Assembly: GCA_963702565.1 (NCBI GenBank)
Contig: CAVPDE010000001.1
Span: 6,104-70,103, forward strand
Reading direction: 5' to 3'
From: an uncultured delta proteobacterium
GTDB taxonomy: Bacteria > Desulfobacterota > DSM-4660 > Desulfatiglandales > HGW-15
Length of the DNA stretch: 64,000 nucleotides
Shown here: positions 28,601-37,210 of the stretch, piece after piece
Layout of the letters: each line of letters begins with the position of its first letter
Position numbering within the stretch: the first letter of the stretch is position 1
The notes under the pieces: generated by a model
What the model was told of the DNA's origin: nothing
Seen by the model: only the letters and a program-made list of their open reading frames with translations
The model's database searches: none
Position numbers and translations under genes: made by a program

Positions 28601-28953
28601 GTTGTGCCGGTGATGGAAGTGAGGTTGCGGTTTGCATCATACCCGTAAGTGCGCTCTCTCGGCTGTCCAGGGTTGCACACGGTCACGCAATCACACTCCC
28701 CAGCCTGGTTGTTCACAGTACCTCCGAAGCCATTCGTCAATCCCTTGGGGCCTCCAAACGGGTTGTAGGTCAACCCGCTTACGAGATTGCCGAACCCACT
28801 CGCGCTGACCGAGGCGATCTTCCCAAGCTGGCTGTCCCTCGTATTCGTCACAACCCTCCCGCTGGGATATGTCACCGAAGCCACTCTCCCTCCCGGTCCA
28901 TAGGCGGAGGTAACAGGGTAGCTGATGCTGTTAATGGTGCTCGTCTTCTGCAC
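25642..28953 (-). CDS. RHS/YD-repeat protein, chimeric copy B (orphan core end fused to a duplicate of the main gene from its Ig-like domain onward); no signal peptide
   Basis: 1103-aa ORF. The first ~160 aa are distal-core sequence ending NTNGVTESY, joined to KVTPEVTTTYVITAVGPGG and then many YD repeats nearly identical to 34731-37210. Confidence 0.75.
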   Translation of the reverse strand: MQKTSTINSISYPVTSAYGPGGRVASVTYPSGRVVTNTRDSQLGKIASVSASGFGNLVSGLTYNPFGGPKGLTNGFGGTVNNQAGECDCVTVCNPGQPRERTYGYDANRNLTSITGTTTPWYNQTFGYDELNRLTSASGRYGNIGYTYDDVGNRVTRNTNGVTESYKVTPEVTTTYVITAVGPGGTATDSATVAVTSIPYGRDDDGDELPDWWELAYFPDLSQGRNGDHDGDGFSNYLEYVFNTDPGNQNEVPPSSDSYQDEGLGYAPEEQQGEAGLVAGSIRITNGNALEYREDLSFPSPNSLSFNFRAAYNSRATQTGMLGYGWFHSFGAALNPSSQLGSRTFLKIIDGTGKASYFIQEVTGYYAGVFGERSFVLAEGGGYSWYRLDGSRYAFTSAGRLSSMEDEKGNALALAYDGEGRLQTVTDNASGRVLTFNYTSGLLTSITGPVTAAVDDGIWVEYGYDGNQNLTTVTYADGSGITYVYNDANDVHNLTQKKDSLNHILREWSYNTNDQATVCRSPDGKGVELVTYQPNQVQVKDVYDITRTYALVTVDGLKRLGSMTGTTNAPYAESNAVEWVYDEWGRLSEVEYGGGRIDRYQNYDERGNPGTVILAYGSPEQRTIYYTFHPDMNVPLTRTEASVFGGGNKVTIWDYDNDYDATANESPTLLLSRIVEQGHTKDINNTTQAYEYVTTFTYNAKGQVLSVDGPRAGSGDMTTFTYNGSTGNLESVTQPHIGSTYFAVYDNAGRPGTITDVNSQAKGFSYDGRGRITSITNFADDPDSSTQFAYVGGLLVSVTDPDGVIQGFQYDNYARLWKILDQGANYIRHDYEVYPRGNVVERGKYTSGDERKSRTRWSYEHPSYPGRLYREIQPDDTYREYGYDDAGNVSSMEDPNGNLTTYGYDFMDRIEEVAQWVNDPSLRDLVTGYGYDGQGNLASVTDANSHVTTYVYDDLGRVVSTTSPDTGITRYAYDEAGNLRYKKDAKAVTVEYAYDNLNRVTVADYPGTADDIAYTYDLRTNGKGHLTDMADPSGTITFGYDARGRLLQKTSTINSISYPVTSAYGPGGRVASVTYPSGRVVTNTRNSRSGRSHRSARPDLAIS
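25975..28454 (-). repeat. 2.48-kb near-identical direct repeat, copy 2 (partner 34731-37210, offset 8756 bp)
   Basis: Shadow ORFs 27355..28056, 28065..28262 and 27336..27530 are identical in sequence to 36111..36812, 36821..37018 and 36092..36286. Only a handful of aa substitutions occur across the RHS frame. Confidence 0.9.
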
Positions 28954-29008
28954 CAGCCTCCCCCTCGAATCATACCCAATGGCGATGATTCCCGATGGAT
29001 CGTAAACC

Positions 29009-29073
29009 GGGACGCCAGTAGGTTTTAAGGTTGCTATTGCGAAACCTTAAAACCTTAGGATGTCCCCATTCTC
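29009..29073 (-). repeat. Cassette-boundary hairpin element, copy E2
   Basis: GGGACGCCAGTAGGTTTTAAGGTTGCTATTGCGAAACCTTAAAACCTTAGGATGTCCCCATTCTC. It has a perfect 13-bp stem, 29020-29032 with 29043-29055. Confidence 0.85.
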
Positions 29074-29245
29074 TCTCGTGGCATTTCTAAATGTCAATGG
29101 TCCCTATAATGAAAGTCTTGGGGAACGTTTCAAACTGCGCCGGGCCAAGAGCTTGCTCCCTATCGGAAGGCTGAAGGAGAGGCGCGGGCTGAGAAAAGAG
29201 GGATTTGGTCTCTCGGCGACAATTACTTGAGCCCTAGGGATAGGG

Positions 29246-30019
29246 TTATTGACATGTCCAAGCCTGGTAGGTCACCCAGCTGTAGTAAGGATACCCGTTG
29301 CCGAAACTGCACGAACAGGCAGACCAATCCGCACAAGCCGAAGGACCACCACACGGCGGGTTTGGTTCATACCAGTGGCTCCAGTTTCCTATAGGTTGGT
29401 TAGCGCATTGGTCCTGGTAATGGTAAAAATCTGTCTGAAGCAACCATCTATGGGCATTTCCGTTGTAAATATATCGAGCACGAGGATTGGGGGGATCGCC
29501 ACAAATACTAAGCCCCGGAATCATAAGGTTAACATCATCCCTCCAAACTGGTTTCCAATCTCCATTGCTGCTCCTCAGGTCGCTGGTAGCCCTCATTCCA
29601 GCCTCATCCGAAATGCTTACTGCGACTGTTCCACAAGCATTATTTTCAGCGCATAGGTCAATACTTTCACCATCGCGATCAGTTACTGCAATCTGGCTTT
29701 GGCCTCCTTCGGTATTGAAATAGAAATTATCTCCAGATACTATTTCTAAGGTGAAAGGAGGTTTTGCGAAGCCGTCGGAGTTCACCTTAACCCCCACGCA
29801 TTGGCCACCAGGAAGCGTGCCTTCCACCAAACTACCCCAATCCACGCCCATTGTAAGAACGACCGTAGACTCCCAGTTCACAGGGTACGTCAACGCCTGC
29901 CCTGAACTCGTAGGGACAATGCACATGTTCTCCTGCGCCCAGGCCCCTGCGCTCATGCTCACGAACACCACCAAGAACAGACAACAAAAAGCCAGCCTAT
30001 TCACAGCCCATCTTCTCAT
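29246..30019 (-). CDS. Cys-rich secreted protein, paralogue P1 (unknown family)
   Basis: ATG at 30019 after aaaaggggggg. Signal peptide MRRWAVNRLAFCCLFLVVFVSMSAGAWAQENMC. The N-terminal ~130 aa are close to P3 and the C-terminal Cys-rich part is divergent. Confidence 0.6.
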   Translation of the reverse strand: MRRWAVNRLAFCCLFLVVFVSMSAGAWAQENMCIVPTSSGQALTYPVNWESTVVLTMGVDWGSLVEGTLPGGQCVGVKVNSDGFAKPPFTLEIVSGDNFYFNTEGGQSQIAVTDRDGESIDLCAENNACGTVAVSISDEAGMRATSDLRSSNGDWKPVWRDDVNLMIPGLSICGDPPNPRARYIYNGNAHRWLLQTDFYHYQDQCANQPIGNWSHWYEPNPPCGGPSACADWSACSCSFGNGYPYYSWVTYQAWTCQ

Positions 30020-30094
30020 GGCCTTCCCCCCCTTTTCTTCCTGTTGACTCGAAGTGACTTTCGATCTCTGCCCCACTCAATCGCCATCACGTTC

Positions 30095-30418
30095 CTGTTT
30101 GGCTCATGCCCATACGTCCGCTCCCTCGGCTGCCCCGGGTTGGATACGGTCACACAATCACACTCCCCAGCCTGGTTGTTCACCGTTCCCCCGAACCCAT
30201 TCGTCAAACCCTTGGGCCCTCCGAAGGGGTTGTATGTAAGGCCGCTCACGAGATTGCCAAATCCGGTCGCGCTGACCGAAGCAATCTTCCCAAGCTGGCT
30301 GTCCCTCGTATTCGTCACCACCCTCCCGCTGGGATATGTCACCGAAGCCACTCTCCCTCCCGGCCCATAGGCGGAGGTAACCGGGTAGGCTACGCTGCTG
30401 ATGGTGCTAGTCTTCTGC
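30095..30418 (-). pseudogene. Orphan RHS core fragment (QKTSTISS .. TYGHEPNRN), not preceded by the hairpin element
   Basis: ORF 30016..30351 reads MASVTYPSGRVVTNTRDSQLGKIASVSATGFGNLVSGLTYNPFGGPKGL..NPGQPRERTYGHEPNRN, then the conserved leader. Confidence 0.65.
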
Positions 30419-30480
30419 TTAGGCGGACACCGCCCTCAGAAGGGGTAGCTGTCAGACGAAATCTTAGCAACTACAGTTTA

Positions 30481-30762
30481 TCAAAGCCCTTTGCCACACT
30501 TAGTGCATTTCTTCGGAATCCAAGAAGTCCAGATACGCAGTTCGGTCCCGAAAACCTTTATGGGATTGGATAAGACTGGCTTCCCGCAATTCGGACACTT
30601 AAGTTTTAGACAGCATCCTCCAAGCACAAAAGCCACCACAATTAGAGGAACTAAGAAGTATTCTGTGAGGTATACTGTGCCGAACAACAAAATGAAGCCA
30701 CTCACCATCCAAACCAACAGTATTATCCGAAATTTTGCTCTTACAGTCATTTGCACCTGCAT
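30481..30762 (-). CDS. Small membrane + zinc-ribbon protein, candidate immunity protein for toxin CT2
   Basis: 93-aa ORF with two hydrophobic helices and CPNCG..CTKCG. It is AT-richer than its surroundings and starts 1 nt after the CT2 stop (TAGGATG). Confidence 0.55.
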   Translation of the reverse strand: MQVQMTVRAKFRIILLVWMVSGFILLFGTVYLTEYFLVPLIVVAFVLGGCCLKLKCPNCGKPVLSNPIKVFGTELRIWTSWIPKKCTKCGKGL

Positions 30763-30763
30763 C

Positions 30764-32431
30764 CTATTCGCACGGATTCAATTGAGTTGCCTCCCAAAAT
30801 CGATTGTTCTCTTGTGCCAAGGATTTCAAAAGGCGGAGTAAGTCTCGAAGGGTGAATGTCCCGGTAAGGCTAACCGTGCCAGAGGCTCCAATCGGGGTAG
30901 CGCTGGGACCGAAACCTATCGTACCACCGATGATCTCCTTCGATGTCGGGTCACCAATTAGTGTAATGCTAATAGGGCCAGCGACAATGTTAATATTTGT
31001 CGTTAATCCACGGACGTTTCCGATGCCTCCGCGAACAAATCCAGCAAAGATGTCAGCTGAGATATTTACTCCTCCTCCAGAGCCGACTGAGCCAAACACC
31101 CCTACATCAGCTTTATCTTTCCCTAAGCCAGGATTGATTACAACACCTCCACTTCCTTCTATTCCAGTGGGGGCTACGGCACTCCCGCCAATCCCTAGCA
31201 AAAAGTCTATAAGCCCAAGAGGATCAATGGAGTTCACTGGATTGTTTCTCACATAAGCGAAAAGGTTTATTCCCCCTACCTGCCCAATCGGATCAGGTGT
31301 GATGTATCTCCCAGTCTTGGGATCCTGGTAACGATGCAGGTTGTAATGGAGGCCCGTCTCGGCATCGTAATACTGGCCGGGCAACCGGATGTTGTTCACC
31401 ACGCTGGAGCTGGGATGAACATGGGCTTCGCCAAATGGCTCATACCAGGCTTCCCAGGCAACAGTTCCGCCCGCATTGGTCAGGATTTCGGGGGTGCCGA
31501 AGCGGTCATTAAGATAATGATAAATCGCATTGCCTCCAGTCACATCGACCATTGCAACCCTAACCTTGCCCATGTACAGGTATTCCCGGGTCATGGTGCC
31601 GTTGGGCAGGCTCTCGGCTATCAGCTTCCCATCAAGGTCGTAATGGTAAAGCGTGGTTATCCCACCAGCGACTTTCTTCACCCTCTGTCCAAGGCCGTTA
31701 TAGGTGTAGGTGGCTATCGCAGTCTGGCCCTCTTTCGCCTCTTTGAGCTGGTTGTTCTGGTCATAGATGAAGGTCAGAGTTCCGTCGCTCGTAGGATTGC
31801 CGTTGGCATCGTAGCTGAATGTTCTCGGGTCTTGTCCCCCGGTGATCTGGTAAAGACTGTTGGTTCCCGTGTAGTAACTGTAGCTCTCAGTGACCCCGTT
31901 GGTGTTCCTCGTGACCCTGTTCCCACATCATCATAGGTGTAGGCAATGGAGCCATACCTGCCTGATGCACTGGTCAACCTGTTCAGTTCGTCATACCCGA
32001 AGGTCTGATTGTACCAGGGCGTGGTTGTTCCCGCGATGGATGTGAGGTTGCGGTTTGGGTCATACCCATACGTCCGCTCCCTCGGCTGTCCTGGATTGGA
32101 TACGGTCACACAATCGCATTCCCCAGCCTGGTTGTTCACCGTTCCCCGAACCCATTCGTCAGCCCCGTCGGCCCTCCAAACGGCTTGTAAGTCAACCCGC
32201 TTGCCAGGGGTGTAGCAATTCCGCTCGCTGTCAGTTCCGAGATCTTTCCAAAAGCGTTCCTACCGTATGTCGTCACCCTCCCGCCCGGATAGGTCACAGA
32301 ACCGACCTTCCCTCCAAGCGTGTAGGAATACGTCACCGGGTAGTTGATGCTGTTGATCGTGCTCGTCTTCTGCACCAGCCTTCCCCTCGCATCGTAGGCG
32401 AATGCGATCAGTCCCGATGGATCGTAAACCT
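30764..32431 (-). pseudogene. Orphan RHS core end + glycine-rich C-terminal toxin domain CT2 (frameshifted in the core part; the last ~380 codons are open)
   Basis: ORF pieces 32136..32570, 31774..32139 and 30764..31681. The core end GRYITPDPIGQVGGINLFAYVRNNPVNSIDPLGL is followed by a Gly-rich domain (GIGGSAVAPTGIEGSGGVVINPGLG..GSVGSGGGVN). Confidence 0.7.
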
Positions 32432-32495
32432 GGGCGCCGGTAGGTTTTAAGGTTAATGGTGCGAAACCTAAAAGCCTTAGAACGTCCCCATTCTC
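32432..32495 (-). repeat. Cassette-boundary hairpin element, copy E1
   Basis: GGGCGCCGGTAGGTTTTAAGGTTAATGGTGCGAAACCTAAAAGCCTTAGAACGTCCCCATTCTC. Confidence 0.85.
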
Positions 32496-32553
32496 CTCAC
32501 GCCCGCCTCCTGTGATGGCCGTTCCTTCATCCGCATTCCGTATATCTGAATGA

Positions 32554-32940
32554 CTATTTGCTTTTCTCATAGTAGTAACCTAGGTCAGCATCAATATACA
32601 GCCGAAGGTTCCCTGCGAATGACCTCTTCACTTCCACGACCCAAAAACCAGCTTGCGTGGATCCGTATCCAGGTAACCCAAAAACAAAGCCGTGAAAAGT
32701 GAGCGTGGATCGGCCCTCAGAATATTCAAACTCCCACTTGTTGGCGTTCTTGATCTCTTTACCATCAAACGCCTTGTAATCGTAGGTGTAGGTTCCATCT
32801 GGCTTCAGATCGAGTGAATCAATACCCTTTTGATGGTTTGCCTTGTATTTCCCAAGGACCATCGGCCTTTCAATTGGCTTTTCACACCCGAAACAAATTA
32901 ATAGTAAAGCAAAGAGCATGGCAATTCCGATTCTGTTCAT
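32554..32940 (-). CDS. Lipoprotein, candidate immunity protein for toxin CT1
   Basis: 128-aa ORF with signal/lipobox MLFALLLICFGC in an AT-richer stretch. Its ATG overlaps the toxin stop (ATGA). Confidence 0.55.
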   Translation of the reverse strand: MNRIGIAMLFALLLICFGCEKPIERPMVLGKYKANHQKGIDSLDLKPDGTYTYDYKAFDGKEIKNANKWEFEYSEGRSTLTFHGFVFGLPGYGSTQAGFWVVEVKRSFAGNLRLYIDADLGYYYEKSK

Positions 32941-34736
32941 CGCTTAATGGCCTCCGTCCATGTGTAAGTCTGAGTCATGTTTCCACCAGGGCGAAAGGCT
33001 GAGCGACCCCAAGACGGGCCAATACCATAGAGGAATGAAGTCATGCTGGTTGTATTAGTGATTAAAAAAGCGGATAGAGCTGCCGTCAGGGGTGGGAATG
33101 ACATCAACCCGATAATTGCCAACAAACTGCTCCGTTGGGTCAAACCCTGCTTGCCAAAGCCCTTTGAGTCCAAAACCGGGGCTGTAGTTCAAGAGTGGTT
33201 CCAGATTTGGAGATTGGTCGCAAGGGTCACGTGAACCTAAAATCTTTGCGGCATTTTTGGCATAAAAAGCTTCTCTAGCCTTCTTGACACCGGGTGCGTC
33301 CATGAGGTCAGTTACTTGATTACTACCAGGGCTAAATGTTCGGACATCAGGACCCGTTCCAGTTAACCAAGCCGAGAACATGTTGAGTGACTCTGCCCAA
33401 GTCAACCCTGAAGGGTCTACAAGCCCGATCGGGTTGCCACGAACATAAGGATACAGATTAATCCCTCCGGCTTGCCCAATCGGGTCCGGCGTCAAGTACC
33501 TCCCTGTCTTTGGATCATAGTATCTGTGGTAGTTGTAGTGGAGCCCGGTTCTTGGTCGAAGTACTGTCCCGGCAACCTAATGTTGTTAACCACACTGGAA
33601 CTCGGATGGATGTGGGCTTCGCCGAAAAGGTTCATACCACGCCTCCCAAGCTACAGTCCCACTCGCGTTCGTGAGGATCTCAGGGGTGCCAAGGCGGTCA
33701 TTCAGGTAGTGGTAAAGTGCGTTGCCGCCAGCCACGTCCACCATTGCAACCCGCACTTTCCCCATGTACAGGTATTCCTTCGTCATGGTGCCGGCAGGGA
33801 GGCCCTCCGCAATCAGCTTCCCGTCCAGATCATAATGGTAGATCGTGGTTACTCCGCCTGCAACCTTCTTCACCCTCTGTCCCAAGCCGTTGTAGGTGTA
33901 CGTGGCTATTGTGTTCGCTCCCTGCTTCACTTCCTTCAGCTGGTTTTGCTGATCGTAAATGAAGGTCAGAGTTCCATCACTCGTGGGATTGCCGTTGGCA
34001 TCGTAGCTGAAGGTTCTGGGGTCTTGTCCCCCGGTGATCTGGTAAAGACTGTTGGTTCCCGTGTAGTAACTGTAGCTCTCATTGACTCCGTTGGTGTTCC
34101 TCGTAAGCCTGTTTCCCACATCATCATAGGTGTAGCCGATCGTTCCGTACCTTCCCATTGCAGAAAGTAAGCCTGTTCAGCTCATCATACCCGAAGGTCT
34201 GGTTGTACTGGGAGTAGTCGTCCCGGTGATGGATGTGAGGTTGCGGTTTGAGTCATACCCATAGGTCCTCTCCCTCGGTTGTCCCGGATTGGAAACGGTC
34301 ACACAGTCGCACTCCTCAGCCTGGTTGTTCACCGTCCCTCCAAACCCATTGGTCAAACCCTTTGGGCCGCCAAACGGGTTGTAGGTCAACCCGCTTACGA
34401 GATTGCCAAATCCGGTCGCGCTGACCGATGCGATCTTCCCAAGCTGGCTGTCCCTCGTGTTCGTCACCACCCTCCCGCTCGGGTACGACACCGAAGCCAT
34501 TTCCCTCCCGGTCCATAGGCGGAGGTAACCGGGTAGCTGATGCTGTTAATGGTGCTCGTCTTCTGCAACAACCTCCCCCTGGCATCATAGCCGAAGGCAA
34601 TAGTCCCAGAGGGGTCGGTCATGTCCGTCAGGCGACCCTTTCCATTGGTGCGCAGATCGTAGGTGTAGGCAATGTCATCAGTCTGTCCCCGGGATAGTCT
34701 GCCACAGTGACCCTGTTCAGGTTGTCATAGGCGTAT
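32937..34736 (-). pseudogene. Frameshifted 3' continuation of the main RHS gene: distal core, PxxxxDPxGL end and toxin domain CT1
   Basis: ORF pieces 34177..34500, 33586..34158, 33055..33495 and 32937..33173 follow colinearly on the 1713-aa ORF. The core end is TPDPIGQAGGINLYPYVRGNPIGLVDPSGL. Confidence 0.7.
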
Positions 34737-37210
34737 TCAACCGTCACAGCCTTGGCGTCCTTCTTCATATCTCAGGTTCCCCGCCTCGTCATATGCATAC
34801 CTCGTAATCCCCGTATCCGGAGAAGTCGTGGACACCACCCTCCCCAAATCGTCATACACGTAGGTCGTGACGTGCGAGTTGGCATCCGTGACACTGGCGA
34901 GATTCCCCTGGCCGTCATATCCGTATCCCGTTACCACGTCCCTCAGGCTCGGATCATTCACCCATTGCGCCACCTCCTCGATCCTATCCATGAAGTCATA
35001 CCCGTAGGTCGTCAGATTCCCGTTCGGGTCTTCCATGGAACTCACATTCCCGGCATCGTCATACCCGTATTCACGGTATGTGTCATCCGACTGAATCTCC
35101 CGGTACAGCCTCCCAGGATAGCTGGGATGCTCATAACTCCACCGCGTCCTCGATTTGCGCTCATCACCGCTCGTGTACTTGCCCCTCTCAACCACGTTAC
35201 CCCGGGGGTAAACTTCATAATCGTGCCTGATGTAGTTCGCCCCTCGATCCAGGATCTTCCAGAGCCTAGCGTAGTTATCATACTGGAACCCCTGGATTAC
35301 ACCGTCAGGGTCCGTCACCGAAACCAGCAGCCCTCCGACGTAGGCAAACTGGGTGGAGCTGTCCGGATCATCGGCAAAATTCGTGATGGAGGTGATTCTT
35401 CCCCGGCCATCATAGGAAAAGCCCTTGGCCTGGCTGTTCACGTCCGTTATCGTCCCCGGCCTTCCCGCGTTATCGTAAACCGCAAAATAGGTGCTCCCGA
35501 TATGAGGCTGGGTAACGGATTCCAGGTTGCCCGTGGAGCTGTTGTAGGTGAAGGTCGTCATATCCCCGCTGCCGGCCCTCGGACCGTCCACGGAGAGAAC
35601 CTGGCCCTTGGCATTATAGGTGAAGGTCGTCACATATGCATAGGCCTGGGTCGTATTGTTGATATCCTTCGTGTGTCCCTGCTCCACGATCCTGGAGAGC
35701 AGCAGGGTGGGGCTTTCATTGGCCGTGGCATCATAATCGTCGTCATAGTCCCAGATCGTCACCTTGTTCCCGCCGCCAAGCACGCTCGCCTCTGTCCGCG
35801 TCAGGGGCACGTTCATGTCCGGATGAAAGGTGTAGTAAATGGTCCGCTGCTCGGGTGATCCGTAAGCCAATATCACGGTTCCCGGATTCCCTCTCTCATC
35901 GTAATTCTGGTAGCGGTCTATTCTCCCTCCCCCGTATTCCACCTCGGAGAGCCTTCCCCACTCATCATAAACCCACTCCACGGCATTGCTCTCTGCATAG
36001 GGCGCATTGGTGGTCCCCGTCATTGAGCCCAGTCTTTTCAGCCCATCGACGGTCACCAGAGCGTAGGTTCGGGTAATGTCATAGACATCCTTCACCTGCA
36101 CCTGGTTGGGTTGATAAGTGACCAGCTCCACCCCCTTCCCGTCGGGCGATCGGCAGACAGTAGCCTGGTCATTCGTGTTGTAGGACCACTCCCGGAGGAT
36201 ATGATTGAGGGAGTCCTTTTTCTGGGTAAGATTGTGAACGTCATTGGCGTCGTTGTAGACATAAGTGATTCCCGACCCGTCAGCATAGGTCACCGTGGTC
36301 AGGTTCTGGTTCCCGTCATAGCCGTATTCCACCCATATCCCGTCATCTACAGCAGCCGTGACAGGCCCGGTGATGCTTGTCAGCAGCCCGCTGGTGTAAT
36401 TAAAAGTGAGCACCCGGCCGCTGGCATTGTCGGTCACGGTCTGGAGCCGTCCCTCGCCGTCATAGGCAAGGGCCAGGGCATTCCCCTTTTCGTCCTCCAT
36501 CGAACTGAGCCGGCCTGCACTCGTGAATGCGTACCGGCTTCCGTCAAGCCGGTACCAGGAATACCCTCCTCCCTCGGCCAGGACAAAGCTTCGCTCCCCA
36601 AACACTCCTGCATAGTATCCCGTGACCTCTTGAATGAAATACGAGGCTTTGCCGGTTCCGTCGATGATCTTCAGGAAAGTCCTGCTCCCGAGTTGAGAGG
36701 AGGGGTTGAGCGCAGCGCCAAAACTGTGGAACCAGCCATAACCGAGCATCCCGGTCTGAGTCGCCCGGCTGTTGTAGGCGGCTCTGAAGTTGAAGCTAAG
36801 GCTGTTGGGTGAGGGAAAGCTCAGATCTTCCCTGTACTCCAGTGCATTTCCGTTCGTGATCCTGATGGAGCCTGCCACCAATCCCGCCTCGCCTTGCTGT
36901 TCCTCCGGAGCGTAACCCAAGCCCTCGTCCTGGTAGGAATCCGAAGAGGGCGGCACTTCGTTTTGGTTGCCAGGGTCTGTGTTGAAGACGTATTCCAGGT
37001 AATTTGAAAAGCCGTCACCGTCGTGATCGCCGTTCCTCCCCTGGCTCAGGTCAGGGAAGTACGCAAGCTCCCACCAGTCAGGAAGCTCGTCACCATCATC
37101 ATCCCTGCCATAAGGGATGCTCGTTACAGCGACTGTGGCACTATCCGTTGCCGTGCCCCCTGGGCCGACAGCGGTAATCACATAGGTAGTGGTCACCTCA
37201 GGAGTCACCT
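34731..37210 (-). repeat. 2.48-kb near-identical direct repeat, copy 1 (partner 25975-28454)
   Basis: See the partner entry. The constant 8756-bp offset is verified at several ORF boundaries. Confidence 0.9.
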
